Source: a virus (Duplodnaviria > Caudoviricetes). From it: a stretch of 28,471 nt of DNA. The notes beneath the pieces were generated by a model. That model was given only the letters and a program-made list of their open reading frames with translations. It searched no databases and was not told where the DNA came from. The DNA lies in the IMG/VR virus record IMGVR_UViG_3300043394_000375, positions 1-28,471 of that record; one strand, written 5' to 3'. Within the stretch, counting starts at the first letter, position 1. Every line of letters starts with the position of its first letter. Position numbers and translations under genes: made by a program. This document shows positions 1 to 8,503 of the stretch, piece by piece.

Positions 1-23
1 GGGGGGCGGGGGGGGGGGGGGGG

Positions 24-149
24 GGGGAGGGCCAAGAAGGCTTCTGGGAGGTTGTAGGCCCGAACCATGGCTTCGAGAATCGCGGCGGGTGGGACACCGA
101 GCTGGGCCAGGGTCGGGGTCAGCCGCTCAAGATCCTGGCGCTGCTGGAA
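24..149. repeat. Terminal direct repeat (assembly overlap), copy 1
   Basis: 126 bp identical to 28346-28471 (offset 28322); the portal ORF stays in frame across the join. Confidence 0.95.
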
Positions 150-1556
150 GATAGAAGCGGGGGTGTTGGCTCCATCTACCGCCACGAAGCTGTAGTCACC
201 TTCGAGGTCCTTGGCAGACAAGAGCTTCGGGCCAAGCGGACGAGGGAGGGACACGGCCTCCACGTCGTCCCCAAGCATGACCCGAAGCAGGGCTACGGCA
301 CACTCAGCGGCCTGGGCCACCGCCTGTGCCAGGGTGCTGGCCATCTTGCCGAGCTTGGTGTCTGCGTAGGCCGCGAGCTGGTTGACCTCAGTCGCGGTGG
401 CCTTGGATGCCTGACCAAGCGTGAAGCCGGGCATCATGCTGGCCTTCTCAAGATCCTGAAGCAGCGACGCCTTGTAGTTAGGCACGTCCGCCGGGACAGG
501 CAGAAGCGGGAGCGGGACAAGCGTCTCACCCAACGGCACGTCACCCATTGTCTGCGGCGTGATGACCGTAGAATCCTCGCCGCCTTCGAGCGCAAGCCTG
601 CTCGCTTCATCGAGAGTGTCCGGGCTGCACATGTAGAGACGACGGGCCTTCTTCGCCATCAGGTCCTGGGCGGAACTGACGTCGTTCAGACTCTGAAGCT
701 GAGGGCGGTTCACCCCTATGAAGCTCAGGCTCGCTTGGGGATCGAGGGGGTCGGGGTTGAAGTTGAGCGGGATGACTGGAACCAAGGGGCTGCCAGAGGA
801 GGAGTAGAGCATCCCGTCGATGCGTTCCACAAGAGCCGCGTTCTGCTCTTCCTGGTCCTCCACCCTGCCACCGACCTGGATCTCTTCACCTTCGTAGACC
901 CATTTGTCCCCGTTGAAGTCGGGCGACCAGACGACCTGCCGTCCCTCCAGAGGCAACCACACATCGACCACGGTGACGTACTTCTCACCGGCCGGGGAGA
1001 GCCCATTGGAGGACACGTCCCAAGTCTCAGTCTTGGGGTGCGGCATCCAGTCCCCAATGCTGGTCCCGCTGTAGTCTGCGAGGGCTTGGTCAAGCGGGAT
1101 CTCGGTCAACAGACCTATGTAACGGCTGGACCCCCAGTCAAGCGCGTCAGCATCCCGGATGACCCTCCAAGCATGGGCAGGGAGAACCCGAACCCGGTCC
1201 ATGGGGTTGCGGGCCTTGACCGGAACGACAACGAGATAGGCGCCTGGGAACACCAAGGCGCTCTTCACCGCGTTCTCGATGGAAGCGTTGGACTTCCGCA
1301 GGATCTCGTTGGCGCATGCAGCAGCAAGCTCTGGGCTGCCCTCACCGTAGACGCCTGGGACTCCGATGACCGACGGGGACCTGAGAAACAGGGAGCCGAC
1401 CAGGGACTCGACCATCTGGAAGGCCACCGGCACCGGGGTGCCTTCTCCACCGTTGCGGTAGAGATTCAGGTCATTCTGCAGCTCATCAGTGCGAGAAGAC
1501 CAGTGTTCCCGGTGCGCATCGTAGATGGGCTTGAAGGATTGTGGGGTCATGGGCAT
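24..1556 (-). CDS. Portal protein, 5' part; continues across the join to its stop at 28277 (533 aa in total)
   Basis: Absent from the ORF track and translated by hand: MPMTPQSFKPIYDAHREHW... stays open to the window edge. It contains GQASKATATEV (the TATE[VI] motif of podovirus portals) and lies directly after terminase. Confidence 0.85.
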
Positions 1557-1569
1557 GGGCTATATTCCC

Positions 1570-3111
1570 TCACTTGGATTGTAACCCTCGCAGAGCGCGG
1601 ACTCGGACGGCACGTTGGTGCGGGGTCAGGGTGACACGGCGATGAGAGGGTGGGGCGTCCCTTAGCGCTACGGCACCCAAGGCGTGGGCCATAGCCAAGT
1701 CATCGTGCATTCCGGCTGGTGCCTCTGGATTCTTCTTGCCTTCTGGAACACAGAGTGCGGCCAATTCCATGTAGCTTGCTTGGCACGTCGCCACGAGCAG
1801 ATTGTTGGCTATCAGTGACCTCAGGGCAGCGTGGGCCTCTTGCTTCGAGTCCGCGGTGGTCGTCCAGGGTTTGTAGTCACGGTGCCACAGTGCCCTGTAT
1901 CCGACCTCCTTCAGGCGATCGATAACCGGACCACCGAAGCTGTTGGACTCGACAAGCGCGAAGGCCCCGTTGTATATGCCTCCTATCTCGGCTACCTTGC
2001 GGGCGAAATCCAGGGGCTTAATCTGGTTGGACCGGAAGGTGGCCACTACAGTCTGCAGGGTCACTGAGTACACAACGATGGTCGAGTAATCGTTGCGGAC
2101 GCCTCCCCCGATATCCACGCCCATGACGTAGCCTTCGTGCTCCTTGGGCTGTTCGAGCTGGCAGAATCTGTTGGGGGAAGACGCAACGCGGGCAGTGACC
2201 TGGCCAATCTCGTCTGGCTCGTACCATGAACCGGTTCTGGCCAGGAAGCATTCACTCGGCTTGGCTGGATAGTCCACCCTGAACCGGAAGTTGCCGGGCT
2301 CTCCAGCTTCAGTGAATTCGGCTATCTTGGCCCTGCGCCAATTCAGCTGTTCATTGTCGAGGCCAAGCTCCTGTGCGAGCTCCTCTTCCTCGGAGGTCGG
2401 CTCCCAACCTTGTGGGACAGTGAGGCGGTGCGCGGGTGAGGAGTGCCACCAGACGTCAACGATGCACCATTCACCGGGCTCGGGTGGGTCTGCTGGGTCC
2501 CAGGTCTTGGCCTTGCTACACAGCTCGTGGAACTTGTCGAATGGCCGGTTCGGGGTGGACTCAATGAGGACCCGACCCCTCAGACCGCCAAGGGCCATCA
2601 ACATCCCGACCGGGTCTTGATAGTAGGCAATCTCAGACAGGTGGGCGCCACGGAACACCATGCCCCTGACCCCATCGGCGTGCCCGGCAGTGGCAGATAT
2701 GGAAGAGGCCCCGGTGTCTTGGAGCTCTGTACGCCCTATGCTGGACTTCTTCAGCTTCCGTCGCAGAAGTGGATTCAGCTTAGACAGGTGGTCTATCCAC
2801 ATGGCGTCGAGCTTCCTAAGCTCCGCCGAGACTGCAGCCACGTGGGCAACGCACACATAAGTGTGTGGGTTCTGGGTGCGGAGGAATTCCCTCAGGAAGT
2901 AGGCCCGGCCTGCGGTCGAAGCCCCGATCTGTCGAGCCTTCCTGACGATGACCTTGGCCTCTGGTGAGTGGTCCAGGGCATCGAAGATCATCTGCTGTTC
3001 AAGGCTGGGCCGGAATGGGACAAGCTCTCCGCTGGTCTTGTCCACAATCTTCAGGAGCCCAGCGAACTTGCGCATGGGAACAAGATCCCAGATACCGACT
3101 GGCGCGTTCAA
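1570..3111 (-). CDS. terL: Terminase large subunit
   Basis: Walker A KARQIGAST, Walker B AHLSE, coupling motif IESTP, RNase H-like nuclease motifs MGVDIGGG..DYS and HDDLAMA. TTG start overlaps the upstream stop (TTGA). Confidence 0.95.
   Translation of the reverse strand: MNAPVGIWDLVPMRKFAGLLKIVDKTSGELVPFRPSLEQQMIFDALDHSPEAKVIVRKARQIGASTAGRAYFLREFLRTQNPHTYVCVAHVAAVSAELRKLDAMWIDHLSKLNPLLRRKLKKSSIGRTELQDTGASSISATAGHADGVRGMVFRGAHLSEIAYYQDPVGMLMALGGLRGRVLIESTPNRPFDKFHELCSKAKTWDPADPPEPGEWCIVDVWWHSSPAHRLTVPQGWEPTSEEEELAQELGLDNEQLNWRRAKIAEFTEAGEPGNFRFRVDYPAKPSECFLARTGSWYEPDEIGQVTARVASSPNRFCQLEQPKEHEGYVMGVDIGGGVRNDYSTIVVYSVTLQTVVATFRSNQIKPLDFARKVAEIGGIYNGAFALVESNSFGGPVIDRLKEVGYRALWHRDYKPWTTTADSKQEAHAALRSLIANNLLVATCQASYMELAALCVPEGKKNPEAPAGMHDDLAMAHALGAVALRDAPPSHRRVTLTPHQRAVRVRALRGLQSK
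1578..1586 (-). promoter_or_regulatory. Putative late promoter -10 element GGTTACAAT upstream of portal
   Basis: Exact 9-mer recurring at four gene junctions; 21 nt before the portal ATG. Confidence 0.65.
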
Positions 3112-3632
3112 TTCTTCTTGCCCTTCCCTGCCCCTGCGGGTGCGCGACCCCTCCTGGTGCTTCGCACCAGCAGGGCCTCTATCCCCATCACCTCTGCTGC
3201 GGCGACTTGTTTGGCCTGAAGAAGAGATTCGGGGTTGCCACTCGCCTTATCTTCGGGGTCAATAACTCCCACTCCTGCTCCGCAGGGGGATTCAGGGTCT
3301 GCCGCCCCTCCCCCTGCTCCGCAGGGGCCAGGAGGTAGAGGCTGGGTTGGCTCTGGTTGGCGACGACCGAGCTTGCTGACCCAGCCAGTGGTGACCATGG
3401 TGACCCAGGTGCTGAACTTGGACCTCGTTGGGTCGAACCCACTGTTGGTGTTCTGCTGCAGATGCAGAATGTAGGCCGTCAACTCCTGAGTCACGTCCTC
3501 ATAGGACCACTCAGGTCTGTACTTCTTCGCGCTGGCAATCAACCCCGCCTTGTAGGCTATCCTGGTGATCTCATTGTTGAGGATGGCCACCTGGAGCCTG
3601 TAATCGGAATCCTTGCCACGGCGTGAGTTCAA
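3108..3632 (-). CDS. Sigma70 region-2-like protein with no evident region 4
   Basis: YEDVTQELTAYIL...FDPTRSKFSTWV resembles the sigma region 2.2-2.4 consensus (EDLxQE...FDPxRGxKFSTYA). TTGA coupling to the upstream gene. Confidence 0.7.
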   Translation of the reverse strand: MNSRRGKDSDYRLQVAILNNEITRIAYKAGLIASAKKYRPEWSYEDVTQELTAYILHLQQNTNSGFDPTRSKFSTWVTMVTTGWVSKLGRRQPEPTQPLPPGPCGAGGGAADPESPCGAGVGVIDPEDKASGNPESLLQAKQVAAAEVMGIEALLVRSTRRGRAPAGAGKGKKN

Positions 3633-4114
3633 GATTCCACCTGGTCCATGAGGAGTTGTGCGAGTTGGGCCACCGCTGGGTCAACGGGTTTGACTCCAGT
3701 CTTATTGGCGGCCTCTGCCAGTGCCCTTCTGTGAGCCCTTCGGTCTTCCACCACGTACTTGGCGACTTCCACCCGGGCTCTGCTTGGGTCCTTGTCCTTC
3801 AAGCTGTCTCTGAGAGCCTGCATGGCGGGCGCGAGCAGGTCCTCCATCTGGTGCTCTATGTCAGTCAGTGGCACGTTGAGTGCCTGGGCCAGCGGGTTGG
3901 TGGATGGAGCTGGAGGCGGGGGAGGTGACTTGGGTTCAATGCCAGCGGTCAGAGAGGTGAACGCGGTCGAGTGAATCTCGTGGGTCCGCCATGTGTGGCC
4001 ACAGTCCGGTTCAGTGCACTTGCGGATTCGGTGCACCGCCCCATCAGTGAACTTGTCCGCCGCGTATGTGGCGTGAGTTCGGTGGCTGTAGGTTCCGCAC
4101 TTCGGACACTGCAT
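3629..4114 (-). CDS. Zinc-ribbon (Ogr/Delta- or NrdR-like) protein with a helical C-terminal domain; possible terminase small subunit or late activator
   Basis: N-terminal CPKC-x26-CTEPDC-GHTWRTHE, a Pro-rich linker, then helical AMQALRDSL...RVEVAKYVVE. First gene of the packaging operon. Confidence 0.6.
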   Translation of the reverse strand: MQCPKCGTYSHRTHATYAADKFTDGAVHRIRKCTEPDCGHTWRTHEIHSTAFTSLTAGIEPKSPPPPPAPSTNPLAQALNVPLTDIEHQMEDLLAPAMQALRDSLKDKDPSRARVEVAKYVVEDRRAHRRALAEAANKTGVKPVDPAVAQLAQLLMDQVES

Positions 4115-4197
4115 TGGCTATTATCCTTCCCCTTGCCGGTGGCAGGTACGTTATAGTGGTTGGGGATAACCTACCTCATAACCTTAGGATATCATAA

Positions 4198-4815
4198 GTG
4201 TCTGACTCTCGCCACTGCTACGCATGGACAGAATCAGACACTAAGGCCTACTGGTCAGAAGTCGAGAGAGAGCTTGCTAACGAATACGTTGGTGCCCAGT
4301 ACCTTATTGACCCCAAATCCACGTGGCGCCTCCCTGCTGCCCCCCCGAAGGGGGGGCAAGGGCGGGCGATAGAAGACCAGCAAGAGGTGCACGGAGCCTT
4401 GCTGCCCCTGTGGCGCAGGCTTCTCTCCTTGGTTCCCGTTGGCGACAGAGACGTCCTGCAGGCTTATATAGCCACCGGGTTGGAAGACCCAAGGAGAACG
4501 ACTTCTCTGGCTCGGGGAATGGGCATCTCACCGGGTGACTGGTTCTACCGCATAGACGCAGCGGTTCAGCGGGCGAAGGTAGTCCAGGGAGCAGCGTGGA
4601 AAGGTTGGGACAGAAGCAGAGTCCTTAGGCGCTCCAAGCGTCCAGAAGCAGTTGCCGCTTACCTTGAGTCTTGGTCCACGGCGGGTGCGGCCAAGATGTT
4701 GGGGCTAAGACAGTCCACCGTCTATTATCAGTTGAGCAAGGAGCCAGGGTTGGTGATAAGGTCCATCATGAGCCGACCTAACATCATTCACAACTCGGGG
4801 GTCCTGGTCCGTTAG
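4198..4815 (+). CDS. Protein with two helix-turn-helix motifs, the first sigma70 region-4-like
   Basis: LSLVPVGDRDVLQAY...PRRTTSLARGMGISPGDWFYRIDAAVQRAK resembles region 4; second HTH STAGAAKMLGLRQSTVYYQL. Confidence 0.6.
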   Translation: MSDSRHCYAWTESDTKAYWSEVERELANEYVGAQYLIDPKSTWRLPAAPPKGGQGRAIEDQQEVHGALLPLWRRLLSLVPVGDRDVLQAYIATGLEDPRRTTSLARGMGISPGDWFYRIDAAVQRAKVVQGAAWKGWDRSRVLRRSKRPEAVAAYLESWSTAGAAKMLGLRQSTVYYQLSKEPGLVIRSIMSRPNIIHNSGVLVR

Positions 4816-4869
4816 GTCTTCTATAGAATTGCGTTAGTTACGAGAGCGAGTTATTAGTCCCACATATGA

Positions 4870-6975
4870 ATGAGTCCCGCGCGCTGCAACGCCGGGACTC
4901 TGGCCGCACCCCACCAGCCGAGGTCCAGCATGAACAACATAGCCCATCCGGCCCCTTCTGTCAATAGTCCTTACGACCCGGACATCAACAGATTCGGGCT
5001 CAATCAGCACAGCCTGATAGGGTTTCGAGACGGAAGCGGCCCGGTTCAGTTGGTCAGTGTCAAGGACATTGTCCAGAACCCGGACAGATACGAGTGCAAC
5101 GGTGAATGGAAGACCCTGAAGTCTGGGTGCCCGTTCCACCGTCACGGCTACAACTCCAAGAACGGTTCTCTTCAGTTCACGGTGGACGCCGAGTCTGGAA
5201 GGTTCACCTACATATGTAGGGATCCCAATCACGAGCACCCCGGTGCTAAGGACAGGAGGGACTCGTTCGGCAACCCCTACTGGGTGTACCACGTTCACTG
5301 CTCTCGCCACTCCTCCGGCCGCGGCGAAGCAGTGGTTGACCGTGGGTGCTTCGCATACATAGAGGTCAAGTCCTGGGACAATGAAGCTCAGATAGCTCTG
5401 TCCAACTGGATGAACCAGTCTGGTGTGCAACAAGCCTCGGTGTATGTGGACGCGAAGCGCACCGTCAACCGTGTCTACTTCCGCAAGGCTAAGGATGGAG
5501 AGTACGCGGACGGTTATCTGAACGCTGACGAGAGTTCAGGGGTCAGGTTCGTAGCCTCCGCCAATAAGGTCAAACTCCCCGACGAGGCTGGTTGGCGCAA
5601 GAGTGGTGGCTGCCCCGAGTACACGTCTGCAGGTGTGCTGCCTTCATCCCTGTGGAACAAGTCCATCGTCCCTTGTGTGGGCGAGAAGCTGAGCAGCAAG
5701 GACGGCCAGCCCAAGAAGCCCAAGCAGCAGTCGAGTGTTGAGGGATTCCGCCGCAACTACACCGACAGGATGGAATCTGTTGGTGAGCGCGAGGCCCGCT
5801 CTTCCTTCAAGAAGGGTGATGACCACTCCCGTCTGCTGGATGGGATTGAAGGTTTCGAGCCTTCCCCTGAAGACAGCAGGTCTGAGGCGGAACAGCTGGC
5901 CCGAGCCATCCACGAGTACAAGGACCGCGTGTGGAGTGTTAGGTGCAAGCGAGCCCCGACCCTCCTTACTACGTGGAACAAGGGCGGGGTTGGCAGTAGC
6001 AGTCACACTAAGCTGACCTGTTGGCAGGCTTCCTGTGAAGACTGCAGACCCTTCGTCCTTGGGTCACTGGCGAGTGCTGTTGAGGTTCATCTCCTGTCTC
6101 TCTTCCGTGCTGGGGCAACAATCTCAATGTACAGGGCGCCCCTGGAAGTCCACACCAATGGATACACTAAGCTCTCCCTGAATAGGTGGTCGAATGATTC
6201 TAAGATTGATGATAATGGGGGGTGTGTCAGCTCACACATGATAACTCGGGTCTCTTCTTCTACGGAGACCCGAGTTATCATCGGAAATGATTGGATAGGC
6301 CTGAAGGCCCACGGAGAGGTAGTGTATTTCTTCTGCCGCAACCCTGATGCGGGAGGCAACAAGAACCTCGTCCCCACCGTTATCGCTAAGAATGGGGTTC
6401 CCCATCTTGGTGGGACCGTTAGGAATGAGGCCGACATTCTCGCCACCGTGTCAGTGATCTTGGACGCGAAGCACATGCAGACCGCAACTGCAGAAGAGTT
6501 GGACGGCGACCTGCTGTTTGGGCCCAGGTCCACTGTCTCCAAGATCAACAAGCTCCGTCAGTCCATCACCGGCCGGGGCTCTTCTTCTGCTCCGCAGGGT
6601 GCGCAGCAGCAGAAGAAGGAGCGTCGTGAGAAGGAAGGGGTCGAGGACTTCCAGTCCATCCCGGTGTATGGCATCGGTGGGTTCTTGGAGGAGCTCTCCG
6701 ACACCGTGGAGACCACCATAACTATGGAAGATCCCACTGGTGGTGGCCTGTTCACCAAGAACAACAGGGGTGGTGTCCACATGCCGGGGGTCAACACCAC
6801 CGTCGTCGCCAATTGTGCCGTGGACAAGGGCAGGCTGAAGAAGGGGACCCCCGGTCACAAGAGGGGCGGAAGCAAGAAGCATCAGGAAGAGGTGACGGAG
6901 CTCCAAACGAGCATAGACTCGGCTCTGGATGGTGGCCACAGCGTCAAATACTTCACCCCCGGGAGTGTTGGTTGA
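4870..6975 (+). CDS. Large putative replication or origin-binding protein (start may be 4930)
   Basis: 701-aa ORF with a CPFH...F...FTYIC motif like primase zinc-binding domains and a second Cys cluster CWQASCEDC. It is the only large non-structural gene; function is inferred. Confidence 0.5.
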   Translation: MSPARCNAGTLAAPHQPRSSMNNIAHPAPSVNSPYDPDINRFGLNQHSLIGFRDGSGPVQLVSVKDIVQNPDRYECNGEWKTLKSGCPFHRHGYNSKNGSLQFTVDAESGRFTYICRDPNHEHPGAKDRRDSFGNPYWVYHVHCSRHSSGRGEAVVDRGCFAYIEVKSWDNEAQIALSNWMNQSGVQQASVYVDAKRTVNRVYFRKAKDGEYADGYLNADESSGVRFVASANKVKLPDEAGWRKSGGCPEYTSAGVLPSSLWNKSIVPCVGEKLSSKDGQPKKPKQQSSVEGFRRNYTDRMESVGEREARSSFKKGDDHSRLLDGIEGFEPSPEDSRSEAEQLARAIHEYKDRVWSVRCKRAPTLLTTWNKGGVGSSSHTKLTCWQASCEDCRPFVLGSLASAVEVHLLSLFRAGATISMYRAPLEVHTNGYTKLSLNRWSNDSKIDDNGGCVSSHMITRVSSSTETRVIIGNDWIGLKAHGEVVYFFCRNPDAGGNKNLVPTVIAKNGVPHLGGTVRNEADILATVSVILDAKHMQTATAEELDGDLLFGPRSTVSKINKLRQSITGRGSSSAPQGAQQQKKERREKEGVEDFQSIPVYGIGGFLEELSDTVETTITMEDPTGGGLFTKNNRGGVHMPGVNTTVVANCAVDKGRLKKGTPGHKRGGSKKHQEEVTELQTSIDSALDGGHSVKYFTPGSVG
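6222..6281. repeat. 60-bp palindromic element, copy A (in frame within the 701-aa ORF)
   Basis: GTGTGTCAGCTCACAC + ATGATAACTCGGGTCTC-ttcttctacg-GAGACCCGAGTTATCAT, with perfect 17-bp arms. Confidence 0.95.
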
Positions 6976-7006
6976 GCAGATAGGCTCAATCTCAATAGAT
7001 CGCCTA

Positions 7007-7036
7007 TAGCACCTCCTTAAATATAAGGAGGTGCTA
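7007..7036 (+). promoter_or_regulatory. Hairpin that sequesters a Shine-Dalgarno sequence
   Basis: TAGCACCTCCTTA-aata-TAAGGAGGTGCTA, a perfect 13-bp stem ending 2 nt before ATG 7039. Confidence 0.75.
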
Positions 7037-7038
7037 CA

Positions 7039-7419
7039 ATGCCCAACTCACGAGACGCGGTTCAACAGACCTTGGCCAGCTACAGTGGGGCCAAATGGCG
7101 GGAGATCAAAGGGGATAAAGACTCAGAAGGACTGAGGTTTGGAGAATTCAGGAGTCAGACCTATCCTTCAGGACCCGTTGAACATATAGCGATGCTCCAC
7201 GTCGGTCTTCTCTCCGAAGATGAAGTGGGCAGAGAAGCTTACGACCAACAGTTCACCGCCCAGTTGACGGTTGTATGGGACCGGTCCACCAAGCAGATGG
7301 AAGTCCGTTCCGAGCCCCGTCGGTCGGGAATTACGGGCAAGAGGCTCTCACCCTCGGGCGAGCTCTCTTACCTGACCAGGGAATTCGCACGCCGCTTCGA
7401 AGCCAAGATGAGGAGCTAA
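7039..7419 (+). CDS. Hypothetical protein (126 aa)
   Basis: Perfect SD TAAGGAGGT; protein-like composition. Confidence 0.8.
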   Translation: MPNSRDAVQQTLASYSGAKWREIKGDKDSEGLRFGEFRSQTYPSGPVEHIAMLHVGLLSEDEVGREAYDQQFTAQLTVVWDRSTKQMEVRSEPRRSGITGKRLSPSGELSYLTREFARRFEAKMRS

Positions 7420-7423
7420 GATA

Positions 7424-7657
7424 ATGAACCGCTCTGGACTCGTTCTTCTCGCCCGCGCCCTCACCCTCCCGGCTGATACGGAGCTTCCCGGTGACCCCCT
7501 CGACCTCCTCAGTGCAGATGAGCGATTCTCACTCCGTCTCTGCGAGGCACTCGCACGAAACCCCAAAGGGGTCAACCATCTTCGCATTGTCGGTACCCCT
7601 GGTGGCGTTCCTTCTGACGGCTCTGATGGTCAAGGCGCTTCGCGCGCACTCAAGTAG
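7424..7657 (+). CDS. Hypothetical protein (77 aa)
   Basis: SD GAGGAG upstream; tightly packed in the operon. Confidence 0.65.
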   Translation: MNRSGLVLLARALTLPADTELPGDPLDLLSADERFSLRLCEALARNPKGVNHLRIVGTPGGVPSDGSDGQGASRALK

Positions 7658-7666
7658 GAGATTCTA

Positions 7667-7816
7667 ATGGAAACCGTTATCCAGATCTGTGCGGCAACCT
7701 TCTCCGCTGTGCACGTTGCATTGTACGGGGGGCTGGTGCTCTTCGTGGTCCTCGGGGTCCCGTACGTGTGCTTGAAGACGTTGCTGAGGGCGTTGTTTAG
7801 CAACTCCCGGAGTTGA
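7667..7816 (+). CDS. Small membrane protein (49 aa)
   Basis: Hand-translated METVIQICAATFSAVHVALYGGLVLFVVLGVPYVCLKTLLRALFSNSRS; SD AGGAG. Confidence 0.7.
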   Translation: METVIQICAATFSAVHVALYGGLVLFVVLGVPYVCLKTLLRALFSNSRS

Positions 7817-7860
7817 GCTGCCACACTGTTCTAACCCCCACATGGGGGTGGAGGTGCTAA

Positions 7861-7953
7861 GTGACTGCACTCTGGCTCAGTGACGCTCCAGTCGTCCTCT
7901 TCTTCATTGCTTGCATCGCTTACGCAGTTTACATCATCAGGAGCCAATCATGA
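7861..7953 (+). CDS. Single-TM micropeptide (30 aa)
   Basis: MTALWLSDAPVVLFFIACIAYAVYIIRSQS; GTG start with SD GGAGGT. Confidence 0.65.
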   Translation: MTALWLSDAPVVLFFIACIAYAVYIIRSQS

Positions 7954-8069
7954 CACAGTGGCTCGCTGAATCTTGGGGCGCATTCTGGGTATCAGACGCG
8001 CCTCTTGTCCTTGCGGTACTTCTCTTCGCAGCAAGCCTCGCCATCACAGAGTTCAGGGGCAGACCATAA
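7950..8069 (+). CDS. Single-TM micropeptide (39 aa), paralogue of the previous ORF
   Basis: MTQWLAESWGAFWVSDAPLVLAVLLFAASLAITEFRGRP; SD AGGAG and ATGA overlap. Confidence 0.65.
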   Translation: MTQWLAESWGAFWVSDAPLVLAVLLFAASLAITEFRGRP

Positions 8070-8092
8070 CCCCTGAGGTCCCAACGACTCGT

Positions 8093-8503
8093 TTAGTCCA
8101 GTTGCCAGTGAGGGCCGTCCTTGAATTTGGCCCAGTCCCCACCCCAGGACAGCTTGGTCCCCGCAGGGACCAGCCCTTCCTCCTCCATCTTGCCCCATTC
8201 GTCCTTCACGAGTGGGGCAACCTTGTTGTACAGATCCCAGTCCCAGCTGGCATAAGCACCCAGCATGGGGGCCACATCGACCGCCATGCTGGGCACAGAG
8301 TTGTGCTTCGAGCGGGGCCACTTCAACTTCGAATTGCCGCTCGCAAACGCGGCGTCCTGCTCCTTCTGGTTCCTGTGCCCACACAGGACGGTCAGGTCAC
8401 ATGGAAGGTCCTTCCGCTTGATGACCCTCTTCATCAGGACCACCAGCAGAGGATGACAGGAATCGAGCCGGAGTATGCTCCTCTCACCCCACGCGAAACT
8501 CAT
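8093..8503 (-). CDS. Endolysin, M15 family L-alanyl-D-glutamate peptidase-like
   Basis: GHRNQKEQ, SKHN..PSMAVD and WGGDW..FKDGPHWQL motifs. Confidence 0.9.
   Translation of the reverse strand: MSFAWGERSILRLDSCHPLLVVLMKRVIKRKDLPCDLTVLCGHRNQKEQDAAFASGNSKLKWPRSKHNSVPSMAVDVAPMLGAYASWDWDLYNKVAPLVKDEWGKMEEEGLVPAGTKLSWGGDWAKFKDGPHWQLD

Noticed and set aside
1-23. Poly-G tract (possible G-quadruplex or phase-variable run)
   Set aside because: The equivalent sequence at 28323-28345 is ordinary coding DNA, so this is most likely a low-quality contig end
24-149. Biological terminal repeat
   Set aside because: It falls in mid-portal and is about one assembly k-mer long, so an assembly overlap is more likely
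735-1634. 299-aa plus-strand ORF
   Set aside because: Antisense shadow of the portal gene
6249-6270. Paired BsaI sites (GGTCTC...GAGACC) in the palindromes, suggesting a synthetic Golden Gate scar
   Set aside because: There is no vector or marker sequence, copy B has lost one site, and the sites are part of longer natural-looking arms
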